Positions 23,320-53,692 of a stretch of 64,000 nt of DNA are shown in pieces. Origin of the DNA: Flaccisagitta enflata (Eukaryota); NCBI GenBank assembly GCA_965153355.1, contig OZ231126.1:19778001-19842000 (forward strand), read 5' to 3'. The notes below the pieces were generated by a model. It was not told where the DNA came from. It saw nothing but the letters and a program-made list of their open reading frames with translations, and did not search any database. The number at the start of each line of letters is the position of its first letter. Positions within the stretch are counted from its first letter, which is position 1. A program made the position numbers and the translations under genes.

Positions 23320-26300
23320 ATGAAGCTTTTGCGGAACATTTTTACGGTCCTGATCCTGGTCTGCCTCCAGTTGGGGTAAGAAAAGCGATAGCAGTTGCTT
23401 TATTCTCTATCTTGAAATGCCGCCACGCCGTAGTCATGACAGAATCGTGTACCAACTGTTTCTGTTGCGCGTAAATTGGTGTTTCAAACACTGTTTGTAT
23501 GCATTGTTAGGATAAGCGATGGACAGCCAGAATTGCAGCCGAATACTACTGTTACCGCGCGAATTCGTGATCTTAACGTTTCGCACATGCGTGACGCTTT
23601 ATCAAGATTAAACCGAAGTCTGCGACAAACCGCCCAGCGTGATACACGAGGTTTGTGACGTGAGCTTTAGGCTTTAGGAATAAGCCAACAGCCCAACATA
23701 GATCTAAAACAGGTGTCCATTTAGTCGTTTGTTGCGTGAAACAGAAAAAAACTTCCTTTTCAATTTTACACAAAGCCACCAAAGATACGAATCCTATATT
23801 TCCCGTCACGGTCGACCTTTCCAAGTTGATGAGTATGATCGAAACTCGGTTTCAAACGTTGGAGGATAATCAATCCAAGATGCAAACACAAATCAAGCAG
23901 CTACAACGAGACGTCGCATATGCGAAATCTCAAATCCGCGATCATGCAACGGAAATAACAAATCTTAAACACGATATCGCTGAAAAGCAAAGGGCAATTA
24001 AGAGCCTGGAGAACAAACTTCAACTAAAGGGTAAGAGCGGTAAAGAAACGGAGTTACCGTAGGAGTCGAACGTAGTTCAGAGAATGTTTTATGATATATC
24101 TCAATGAGCGCACCAGGGGTGAATTAAGTTGAGCAGTCTCCTCCTCGGGGGGAGGGGGGGGATGACATCAAAGGGAATATAGACAGAAAAATGACGATTG
24201 GTTGAAAATTTTAATGATTTTATACAAAGTGATTTGAAAAGATACACTTATTTCTTTTTACAAGAACCAAGTTTATAAGAACATTAGGCTTAAAATCCTC
24301 AAAAATTTAAGAATATGCTAAGAACATTGAAATATTTAGGAATATTAGGCTTAAGATCTTTTAAGAATATGCTAAAAAATATTAGAAAACATTATTTTTC
24401 CATAAACAAGGCCAACACCTATAAGTCGCGTGCGAGACTTACAGACTAAGAAATGACTTAGAATGACTTAGGATGACTAGGAATGACTTAGAATGACTTA
24501 GAGTGACTGAAAATGACCAAAAAAGACTCTTAATGACTGATGAGCCTAATGACCAAAAATGACTTAAAATGACTTAAAATGACTTAAAATGACTTAAAAT
24601 GACTTAAAATGACTTAAAATGACTTAAAATGACTTAAAATGACTTAAAATGACTTAAAATGACTTAAAATGACTTAAAATGACTTAAAATGACTTAGGAT
24701 GACTCAGAATAACTATTATTGAGTTTAAATCACTTATAATGACATAAGAGATGATGTTATATTGTAAAAGTAAAGTGTGACGGATGGACGGACGGACGGA
24801 CTGACGGACGGATGGACGGACCAACAAAGCGGGGTGTAGAGTCGCGTGCACGCGACTAAAAAAAAATAAACCGGGATATAATTATGCAATTTTTTTTGTT
24901 TTTGCAGTGGCAACTCGTTTTTGTTTATGTTCTATTCTAATTCCATACCGTCACACGGGGCTAATCGGGACACTTTTTCTAAATTTGCTCTGTATCTTTG
25001 AAATTCCTATAGATAAATCCCAGCATATTCCCCCCTTAATTACCACTGATGAAGGGCTTATTGCACGCAAAGAACCAAAATCCAATACCAACCCCTTAGG
25101 TGAGAATTTTATAAAAAAATGCTTTGTCCCTATTAGCCCCGTAGTGGGGCAAATCGGGACGCCATTACTTTACTGTGTTGTCCTGATTAGCCCCGCTCTA
25201 ACCATATTTTTCGGATTTTACCAGATCTATTATAACAAAATTGAATAAATCTTAACCTGGTCTACCTGTTATTGTAATTATGGCATGAATGTCCCTCATT
25301 AGACTTTCTCAATGGCATTCCATGAAATTTTTTTTTATTTTATGACCCTTAGTATAAGCCAACACGGTTTCCCGATCAGCCCCGTGTTTTTTGAAAAAAA
25401 TGATTATTTACCAAAATTGAGTTTATAAACAAACAAGTTTTCTCAAAAGCCACTCATACATTGTCCTCAGAGTCACTGACTACTTATAGTTGAAGATACC
25501 CAAAGGTGACATAAAGCACTTTATCCAGTGTTGAGTCAGAGCGACAATTTTTAGGCTATGTCGATTTTTCATTTTTTCTGTATTGCTAAAAACTCAAGTT
25601 TAAAACTACTTAAATGGTTATAAAACAACATAAACCGCTGTATGTCACCCTAAATTAACTAAATATTAGAAAAATGATAAGAGAAACAAAAAAAAGTTGA
25701 CCGGGTTTGAAATATCACATTGAGAACCATTTTTTAGATTGCTGTCCCGATTAGCCCCTGCTGTCCCGATTAGCCCCGTGTGATGGTACACTAAGAATTT
25801 CTAACTTTCTGCTTCATTGTTTCATTGACATCTTCTTTCATATTTTCTTGGAGAACACACTCAAACCTATTAAGAACGTTGTTAATCAAAGGTTAAAAAC
25901 TGTTTGAATTTAAAACAATTTAAGAATGTGAGAGCTTTGGAACTGCCTAAAATTTAAAAACATTGAATGCTTGTCTAAAAAGTGACGTTCTTATAAAAAG
26001 AAATGAGTGTATTTGATTACTATAGCATAATTCTTCTGAAAAAGAGGAAAGGGGGAAGAAAAATTCCAAAGATGTTGTATGAATAAAAATGAGAAATAAA
26101 AATTTCGCTAGTTCTCTATTAGTTTTAATTGAATTTTTTTTTATTTTTGCTCTATATGTATACATGCAGTCCTAATTTCAAAGCAGGCCCGCAGGCCTGA
26201 GGCCGCATTTTGGCCGTTGGTCCCGCTAGCTTTTCCAGCTGCGGGCCTAGCACTATCCCTAGCAGCCCTGCTCTTTTTTTGCACTTATTATGAATGTCAA

Positions 26301-29110
26301 AATTGTGATAATTGTTCTTTGGTCTCATTCACATTATAAGTTTTTTGTTATGTTTGTATAATGACACAAAGTAATTTCACGGTTTTCACGACTGTTTAAG
26401 AGGGGACTCAACTGGCCTGTGGGCAGAAATTACTAAGATCAAGGCTGTGTATAAGGTTAACTAGTCATCCAAGGATCGCACATGGTCAGCGGTACCCGAT
26501 GCCCTGCTTGGGGTGACCAAGTGAAGACGTGGAGTGAGAGCAGGGCAGCGGCCCCAAAGGGCCGATGTCCCGTAGGACACAGGGGGGAATTTCCAGACGT
26601 CCTGAGGGGGAATATAGCAGGCCTAAGAGGTAATTGAGGCGGGGTTTGAGGTCTGGGGGGAAGATTTATGCCTGAAGATTAGATTTGAGGTCTGGGGGCA
26701 GGCTTTAGGTCTTGGGGGCAGATTTGAGGCCTGGAGGGCTGATTTGAGGCCTGGAATGCTGATTTGAGGTCAGGAGAGCGGATTTGAGGCCTTGAGAGCT
26801 GATTTGAGGCCTTGAGAGCTGAATTGAGGCCTGGAGAGCTGATTTGAGGCCAGGAGAGCTGATTTTAGGCCTGGAGGGCTAATTTGAGGGCCTAAATCAT
26901 ACCTGAGAGTGAGGATATGAGGCCTCGATGGCCAACCAGGGGGGGGGACAGACGGAAGGACGGACGGACTGACGTATGGAAATTCCCCCCTGTGTCCTAC
27001 AGGACATCGGCCCTTTGGGGCCGCTGCCCAAAAAGTGCATACACACGCACGTTGAATACAACGTGAAGATTACGGAAAAGGTATAGCACCCCCCCTTGCA
27101 GCTCTTGTCGCCATAGCCACATGGTCATGTATGGTATCATTCAATAGGTTATCTCAATACAATTTACGCCACCGAGGCGAATTTTGAATTTCACCTCCGT
27201 TCTAGAGATATTCACTCCAAAAAGTGGATTTTTTGGCTTTTCAAGGGGGTGTCCGCCGCTAATGTTTGGGGTAGAATTTCTTAAAAACCGGAGCGAAATT
27301 AAAAAATCGCCTCGGTGACGTAAATTGTACTGTGACAAACTACAGAATGATACCCCATATGATCCTGTGGAAGTTTTGTCCTAAGCTGTAGGTAGGGGTG
27401 CTAACCGTTTTTTACGGTTTTTGCAATCTTCACGTTGTATTACGCGTAAAAGTGTAGTTGGAGTTGAGAAATGAAAAGTCGCTCATTTTTACACACCCCT
27501 GGAGAGCTCGGGGGAAAGATGTTATGGCTAAAGTTCATTATTAGAAAAAAGTCGAATTACGTAATTCGACTTTTTGAAATGTGGGGGAAAAATCAGGTTA
27601 TGCATATTGACTCCAATTTTTATGACGCTAGCTTTTAAGTTGCTTGCATTTTACCCTCATTCAACTCATGATAGATACCTGGGATTGTTACTGAGTCAGA
27701 AAAATAGAGCAGAAAAATTTTCGATTTTTTTCTTCTTTACTGAAAAAGATGAAGATAACAATAAAAAAATATTGTTTTTGAGTTTCACAAAAGCAACAAC
27801 ATCTGTATGAAAGGACAAGCACATTGAAAATTTTTTTGCCAAGGCATCTTTTCTGAGAGCCCCGCAAAACCTGGTAGCTTTGGCTAACAGTTTTTTTTAG
27901 TTTGCTCTTTTAGCATATGATTTCCTCACAATCATGAATAACCTTTCGCATAAGAGCGTTAAACATATTTTTATTCCCAGCTTTGAACTCAGCGATTGAA
28001 ATATTAATTGACATCTTTGTATACAGCCAAGATGTAAGTCTATTTAACATAACAATGTTATTAACATTGTAAAGAAATCATATATAATGATGGTGGTTGT
28101 GCGAGATTCTTCTTAGTTAAGACTGGGGGAGTAGAATCGATGGACAACGGCCTAGTTATGACGGTTTTTGTTCGTGTCAATACTGATAGTTATATCCCTT
28201 ATCGTCTATGGCTTGAAATGAAAATGAACCGTGTTTCTTCATTAGATTTTGAGTTTAGATATACGTACGTGTCGAAGGCAGCAACCTACGGCAAGGCGGA
28301 GGCGGCATGCGTCGGGTTGGGTGGTCATTTGGCGTCTCTTGACACGAACGCCAAGCTTGATTACGCTGAGAACCATCTGATGCCCAAGGACGGCAAAACC
28401 AAAGTCTGGCTGGGAGCGGAATGCGTCGATTGCTCCGAAGTCGACGATGACAAGTGGCAGTGGAAATCCGGAATCAAACTCAGCCTTGATCACCGACTTT
28501 GGCCCACGGACTTCCAAGGCGAAGGACGTACACTTCCAGACGACCAGTAAGAATGCGAATACTGAACGTCTGAGCTCTTCCCATGTCGCGTTTTCTAACT
28601 AACTTTATAAATACAGGAAGCCGAAGTGGTATTGCTGTCGCAAATACCCACAATATGGGCGGATTTTCTCATCATAGTGGAAAATGGTGATTGGTGAACT
28701 AAACTTCAGTCTTGCTCACGTGACAATGTTTCGTTAGCTTAAGCCGCAATTTTTAGTCGCGTGCTACGCGACTCTATGACCCGCTATGTGGTCGGTCGGT
28801 CGGTCCGTCCGTCCGTTGGTCGCCGTTAGCTTTTTTCGGCATTTACGGGCGGTTTTTGCGTTACTGCTCCTGCCCGATCGCTTAAATAACCTCTTTTATC
28901 ACTGCCCTTGCCCACTCGTACGCGACTTCGGTAGCCGTGTATACGGTCTTGTTCTTATTTCACGCGCACTTTTAATTTTCTCCCAACAGATCTGGCAAGG
29001 ACGCCAAGAAGCTGACAATGAGATGCCCTGTAAAGGGAAAATGTGAGTTCATCAACCACGCTCCGAAATGGTCCTATCCATTTATTTGCGAGAAAAGTGG
29101 GGGAAAATGA
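23320..29110 (+). CDS. Secreted coiled-coil + C-type lectin-domain protein, 5 exons, 290 aa
   Basis: Exons 23320-23375 (signal peptide MKLLRNIFTVLILVCLQLG), 23511-23650, 23776-24030 (heptad coiled coil), 28246-28546 (AEAACVGLGGHLAS, VWLG, WQWKSG), 28990-29110 (YPFICEK...*). GT-AG, phases consistent, 873 nt. Confidence 0.82.
24404..24865 (-). mobile_element. Helentron/DINE-like element (family A) with internal 10-bp tandem array
   Basis: AACAAGGCC...(AAAATGACTT)n...(GGAC)n...AGTCGCGTGCACGCGACTAAAA. Confidence 0.75.
24948..25786. mobile_element. Tc1/mariner (pogo-like) MITE, 839 bp
   Basis: TA|CCGTCACACGGGGCTAATCGGGACA ... TGTCCCGATTAGCCCCGTGTGATGG|TA; several internal copies of the TIR core. 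Confidence 0.9.
26438..27034 (-). mobile_element. Helentron/DINE-like element (family B) with ~50-bp internal inverted repeat and 20-bp tandem array
   Basis: GGGCAGCGGCCCCAAAGGGCCGATGTCC...GAATTTCC (26543-26594) inverted at 26978-27029; tandem GATTTGAGGCCTGGAGAGCT; related copy at 14946-15475. Confidence 0.7.
27059..27437. mobile_element. Palindromic MITE, TA-flanked
   Basis: TA|CAACGTGAAGATT ... AATCTTCACGTTG|TA; internal arms also mirror (CAATTTACGCCACCGAGGCGA / TCGCCTCGGTGACGTAAATTG). Confidence 0.85.
28749..28953 (+). mobile_element. Helentron/DINE-like element (family A)
   Basis: TTTTTAGTCGCGTGCTACGCGACT, (GTCG/GTCC)n, end GCCGTGTATACGGTCTTGTT. Confidence 0.72.
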
Positions 29111-29523
29111 CGCGAACAAACCGCAAAGGAAAACAAACTAGGATGAAAACGATCAAGCCATGATTATTTCTTCAGAATGATATGGGATATGATTAGAGAT
29201 ATGGCATCTGGACAAGAACATAAAACATTTGGGTTGAAATGAATTTTTGCATTTTTCCTTTTTTAACCAATCTGTGTCACTGAAGTCCAAATCTAGGTGA
29301 AGATGCCAAATTCGTAATCATCAGCAAACTTTTTTTTATCAATATCAGCAATCTAATATCTATGAGAAAACGTAAAGAGAAAACGTACAGGTTTTATTTT
29401 CCAGATGGAAATGAACGATGCTCAAGTATAATCAATGCAGCTTGGAGTGAGTCTTTTTAGGTCCGCCATCGCACCTCTAGCTTGTCTATGAGGATCTGTA
29501 TGTTTGTCCAAAAGGTTTAGATG

Positions 29524-30360
29524 AACAAGGCCAAGAGATGTCCAATAGATGCGTCCTCTTTGGATTTAAGATATTATCATACAAACTATTAAGATATAAA
29601 GATATTATGATAGGAAAATATAAAGATACAGGGATAATGAGAAAATATGAACGGATTTCTCCCTCCCCCCATGTCTTTCCACCCCTCCCCCCGCACACCT
29701 CCTCTCCTACTCACGCCTCTCCAACCCTCCCCACCCCTCCCACGCCTCTCCACCCCTCCCCCCCCACGCCTCCCCACCCACGCCTCCCCTCCCCTCCCCT
29801 CCCCCCCACACGCCTCTTCCCCCCTCCCCCTACACCTCCCCACGCCTCCCCACCTCCCCTGCCTCATTCTCATAGAGACATGAAGGGACTTAGAGAGACA
29901 TGAAGAGACATGAGGAACCGTGAAAAGACAAAAGACATATAAGAGACATAAGAGACCTAAGAGATATAAGAGACATAAGAGATATAAGAGACATAAGAGA
30001 CATAGAGACACATAGGAGACATATAGGAGACAGAAGAGACAAAAGAGACAAAATGGCATAAGGGACATAAGAGCCATAAGAGACCTAACATTCATAAGAG
30101 AAAAAAGAGACATACGAGATATAAGAGACACATAGGAGATATAAGAGACACATAGGAGACAAAAGAGACGAAAGAAGTGAAAGAGACATAAGAAATATAA
30201 GAGAGATGAAGAGACATGAAGAGAAATGAAGAGAAAACCTTGAAAATCGCGTTTTGGAATTTTCGCGTGACACTCAGACAGACAGACAAACAGACAGACA
30301 GACATTCAGACAGACCAAGGGACAGACCCTCTTATAGAGATGCGAGGACGCATCTAAAAA
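29524..30360 (-). mobile_element. Helentron/DINE-like element (family C) with C-rich and AGAGACATA arrays
   Basis: AACAAGGCC...AGATGCGTCCTC ... (CAGA)n ... TATAGAGATGCGAGGACGCATCTAAAAA. Confidence 0.7.
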
Positions 30361-30885
30361 CGCCCAGGAAAATTAATAGAGCTGAAAAAGCAAAGTCCCA
30401 AGAAATGGTCAGGACTGATATAGTGATATATAGTTGAGTGTCACAAACCGGGATTTGAAAAAAAGTGACGTAGGCCCTATGTTGCATGTTGTCCTACTGG
30501 TATTGCTCAACATTTTGCACAATGACACACCCGATCGTGACAGTCCAAAAGAATTCCCAACGCCGCTGAGCGCCGCTGATTACACAGAAGTGCACTTACA
30601 TACGCTGTCAACACCGCGACCAGCTACCAGGCGACACGTGAAAAACGATGTTATCGAACATCTTGACGACGTCTCCCCTCGCGAATTCCAACCGCGTCGA
30701 AACGACGGCCCCTCCTCTTCCTCTCCCACTTTTTTTCTTCGTCTTCCTCATCTCCCTTCGGTGCTCATCCTCTTCCTTCTCCTATTTGACTCCTCGATGT
30801 TCCCTCGTCCTTTTTTCGGGTCTCTCTCCCTCTCGCTCTCTCTCTCTCTCTTTCTTTCTTTCTCTTTCTTTCTTTCTTTCTTTCT

Positions 30886-30935
<50 letters not shown>

Positions 30936-32297
30936 GTAGCTGTGAAAAGATATCTTAGTAATTCGTAGTATAGTAGTGGATAGCTAGGAAACAAAAATAT
31001 TGGTGAAAATGGACCCGTGTTTATTGGTCTTTTAGAGCGAGGGAGTGAAAGATAAAAAGAAAAGAAAAAGAGTTTCCCACCTTGACGTTCGCCGTAGCTT
31101 CATCGTCGTCGTCGACGTCATCGGTATTCCTCGAATGTCGCCTCGTCGTCGATGTCATCGTCGTCATCGTCATCATCGTGAATCTCATGAGGCCGGAGGA
31201 GAACGAGAGAGAAAGAGAGGAAAAGGAGGCCGGTGCGTTGACGTTCTCGTTCCTTCAAGACGTTCCTCGTCGGTTTCCCTTTCTTTCTTTTTTTTTGCAC
31301 GATTTTCTGGATTATATCTTTTTTTTAACGCACGTGGATGGGACGCCCTGTCGGTCGGTCTGTTGGCCAAGCTCTCCTTTTGGCACATTAAGTGGTTTTT
31401 TGTTTTTTTCATCTGTTGTAGAATATTGAAATATTTATAGAAATGTAAACATTGGTACGATACCGTATTTTCAAAGAAATAGCGCGAGATTCGGATGGAT
31501 GCGCGTCGGGCACTGGGGCACTTATTTGATAAAGATATATCTACTTACCGACCAACTAACCAGTTGATCTGGACCGCATGACGACAAGTAAATCAGTATT
31601 TCTTTCTTTCTTTTTCCGTAATTTTCAAGCAAAAATAAAATCTTCGCGCTTACCTAGCCTGGTATAGATACGGATCTCGCTCTTCAATCTTCAATTAATC
31701 TCGGAAATGAAAGATATTGGAAATAGCAACGAAGTAAATGACGTAAATAATCGTGATCGTGAAACCTAAAAGCTTCAACCCCGGCACCACGTCTTCATCT
31801 CCAGTCAGAAAAACCGTGATGACAAGACGTCGGTTTTCAATTTCATTGAATCAAGTTATCAATACCATACAATGGCACCACGGTGACAAGTAAAAAATAA
31901 AGCAACGGCCAAAGAAATGCGATAATGCGCCAAAAAGTTTGTGTCTTGTGCTCTAGCTGGAGATAATCTTCACGTCTTTTCTCTCGCGCGTTATAGTGTG
32001 TCTACCCATTTATCCAACATGCTCCGTGGGCCAGCTTTTAGCTATTTGCCAAAATGAGAAATATCCGTCAATTATCTTTGCGCTCATCTCCTTGAATCCA
32101 AATTTGCGTGTTCATCTCGAATCTCCTCATCGCGACCATCAATCACTCAATCGATCGATCTTTCAATTCTAGTGTTCCGCATAACGCTTGCTTGTGTTTG
32201 TTTCTCTCCCTCTTCATCGAAAATATGGATTATTTTTCAACTGGGAATTAAATTGATTTTTTTTTCATTGATCGCGCTCAAAAAAGCAGCGACAAAA

Positions 32298-50413
<18,116 letters not shown>

Positions 50414-50779
50414 GTAAGTTGAACGAAAAACTAGTTTCATCGTTCATATTCTCTTTATTTCCATATGAACACGTTAAAAGTAATAACAAAGAATGAAAAA
50501 GAATAATAAAAAAAGATAAATGAATGCTATGTTCATTATCGCACGCCAATCTTTATTCAAAATAAAAAATTCATCACGTATGCCATGACTCAAATTTATG
50601 CTTAAAACGGTAAACAAATTTTCAAGATAACTAGGACTTTGAGTTAACATTTGCACAATACATTACAGCGTATAACGACATTTTTCTCGCTTTGACTATT
50701 CATATATTCTAGAGGCTTGCATATAATCCGGTCTTGAGGGCTATCCGGGAAAACGGATGTTAGGGGAAAATGGAGGGTA

Positions 50780-51090
50780 AAAGTAGGAGAGGGGGTGGTA
50801 AAAAAGGGCAAAAATAGGAGAGGGGGTTGCAATAAAGGGCAAAAGCAGGAGAGGGGTGGTTATAAAGGGCAAAAGCAAGAGAGGGGGTGGTAAAAAAGGG
50901 CAAAAATTGGAGAGGGGGTTGCAATCAAGGGCAAAAGCAGGAGAGGGGTGGTAATAAAGGGCAAAAGCAGGAGAGGGGGTGATAATAGAGGGTAAAAGCA
51001 AGAGCGGGAGTGGTGATAAAGGGCAAAAGCAGGAGAGGGGGATAGTAATAAAGGGCAAAAGCAGGAGAGAGGGTTTGTGACAAAGGGCAA
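50780..51090 (+). repeat. ~31-bp purine-rich minisatellite
   Basis: Tandem AAAGGGCAAAAGCAGGAGAGGGG(G)TGGTAAT variants. Confidence 0.85.
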
Positions 51091-51515
51091 GTGTGAAGGC
51101 AATAAGGTGCATGTGATCGAGTTGAAATGGGGGAGGGAAAATGTGAAAATGGGGAGGAGCTTTGAGATGTGTGGTTATTTGTTAATGAGAAACAGTTGGG
51201 GGCTGATTTGGTAGCGAGCATGGGGAGAAAAGAGTTGAAGGCGGTGGGGGTTGCGGTCGCATTAGAGGGAGAGAAAGGGGGAGGAGCACGAGGGCCTTGT
51301 TAAACTTCTAAATTATAGAAAGATGATGGAAGTCGATCAATTGATTATATAGAACACAGAATCGTTTGTGTCTTGGCTTTTTTCAAATTTCTTTTTCTTT
51401 GAGATATAACTCAGTGTGAGTTTCAAAATTGGCACCCATAGGATCCTGAGTTTTTTCGATAAGAAAACAATGACTTCTTTACATAATTGTAAACTTTCTT
51501 TCGATCCCTTTTATC

Positions 51516-51613
<98 letters not shown>

Positions 51614-53063
51614 TCAGGTGCGATTGCGGGGGTTGTCACGGCTTCGATGGGGGGTGCGTTTGCTGAGATTCAGGTGCGATTGCGTGGTCTTTTTTTTTCT
51701 TCTTCGTATTTTTGCTCAACTACAGCGTGGAGAGGTCAGACTCTAGGGTCGCGCACATCCCCCCATCGCCACTTGGCACCCCCAATCGCCTCTTGGCACC
51801 CCCGATTGCACCCCCCGCCGACTTCGCCATTCTCAACGAGTTTGGAGAAAGTGGGGAATAGACTGCCCCTCTTCTTCCCCCCCCCCCTTTTCCACTTACT
51901 CTCGCGCCCGGGCACCGGGTAGAAAGTGGAAGGGATGAAGGGATGTGCAGATATTTGGGGCGGGTGGGGTGGGGGAGATGGTGAGTCCCATTCTTAGATC
52001 CATGGGGGGTTCACAAAATTTCAGAATCACAGAGGCGGCAAAAATTCCATTTTCCCCAAACGGTACAAAATGTAAATTAATAATGTTTAGCGGGTGATCC
52101 TTGAAATTGTTGGATGAAATCTCTAAAAAAAGGCAATAAGACCGATTGAAATGGGTGGCTTCCATCTATTTGTTTCATCCGATTACATCTTTTGACATGT
52201 GGACAAATCAGGTGCCCTGACTCAATTTTGCTGGGCTGAACTACACTTTCACGCTTAGTGTATTTGTCATCTCTCAATGTTCATTACAATTTTGTTATTG
52301 AGATATCCTCAAATCATTGCACAACTCGCACTTTGCGTCAACAACCTCTCCCGGATCCTACCAGGTGACGTGACAAATACAGCCAAGAATTTCCACTGAT
52401 TTTTTTTCTTGTTTTTTTTTCCCTTTTTCTGGAATTGTCACTTTTTCACGCAAAGACACGACCGAGAATAATACCAAAAGACTTGTCAATATGAGTATAC
52501 TTATGATAGGGCTTAAGTCGTAAGACTTGATCTCTCCCTTTTCTTTCTGTTGTTCACTCCTTCGTAATTCCTGATCGCGGAATTCCTCACCTTAATTCCC
52601 ACCGACTGCCCCCTACAGAGAACCAAATCCACAAACTTTTAATCTCATTTTCTGCATTTTTTTTCTATTTCTTTAGATATCATTTGCCCTTCTATTTTTG
52701 CTCCAGGGAGACCTTTTTTTTTTTATTATATGCGCGAACCGTGGGTGCTCCTTGAGGATTTGAAGTTTAATCGTCGCTGTAAGAGGTCCTCTCTCTTTTT
52801 TTCTGGCAGTGTTGTCACTCTTGTTATCTTTTATAGCTGTCAATGCAATATCTTTCATTTGATGGCATATGTCTGTTCACTAGTATTACCATTCAGTCAA
52901 TGAGCTTTTGCAACCTTATCGTCCTTTTATATGGTTAATAGGCCTGTCTGTTTTTTGTCTATGGTCTTGGATTCTCCCAATTGAATCCTGAAATTACGAT
53001 CTTTTATTTTTGAATTCGTAAACAATAAAAATCGTAACCTGGTTGTCGAATAACACTTGGAAT

Positions 53064-53099
<36 letters not shown>

Positions 53100-53482
53100 C
53101 TCCGTTGTTCTCACACGCCTCTTTCCTGTTTGTTTACTCTGGATTTTGTTTTCTTTCGTCACATCTTTTGTTTGTCTTTTGGCGAATTTGGGGCTGCAGA
53201 TTGCAGAAGCGTGTATTGAAAGAGGGAGTCACTGACTTTTCCTTTGATTTCTTCCTTTCTTCCTTTCTTTTTGCTGGTCGTGTGTCCGCGGCCGATCATG
53301 TTTTTGACGCGTGACGTTATTGCTCCGTATCCTTAAACATTGCTCTTTGTGATTGTCAGGTTTCTAATGAGCGATGTTGTGTGTTTTTTGGTCTACAATT
53401 TACCGGGTAAGGGTTCAGACCACCCTCTTGACTCGACCCAGTTGCGCGCGCTTTAAATAGCTGCTCGCCTGCCGCCTTCACG

Positions 53483-53692
53483 TTTTTAGTTGCGGACACG
53501 CAACTCTATAAGAGGCTTTGTCCGTCCGTCGGTCCGTCGGTCCGTTGGTCCGTCATGGTGATCGAGTTGAAAATGAGCGTTTTCGATACTTTTTGTGTAT
53601 GTTTGAGTGTTGGAGGTGGGTTGGGGTGTGAATAGGGCTTGGATGCCCCTGCCCACCCGTCCGCAACGATATTGTGACCCCGCGTCACTTGT
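53483..53692 (+). mobile_element. Helentron/DINE-like element
   Basis: TTTTTAGTTGCGGACACGCAACTCTATAAGAGGC (GTCC/GTCG)n ... GCCCCTGCCCACCCGTCCGCAAC...CTTGTT. Confidence 0.72.

Larger units (their letters stand above)
24245..26009. mobile_element. TA-flanked TIR element hosting two nested insertions
   Basis: TA|CACTTATTTCTTTTTACAAGAAC ... GTTCTTATAAAAAGAAATGAGTG|TA (21/23 TIR match); internal TAAGAAC/TAAGAAT repeats on both sides of the inserts. Confidence 0.75.
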
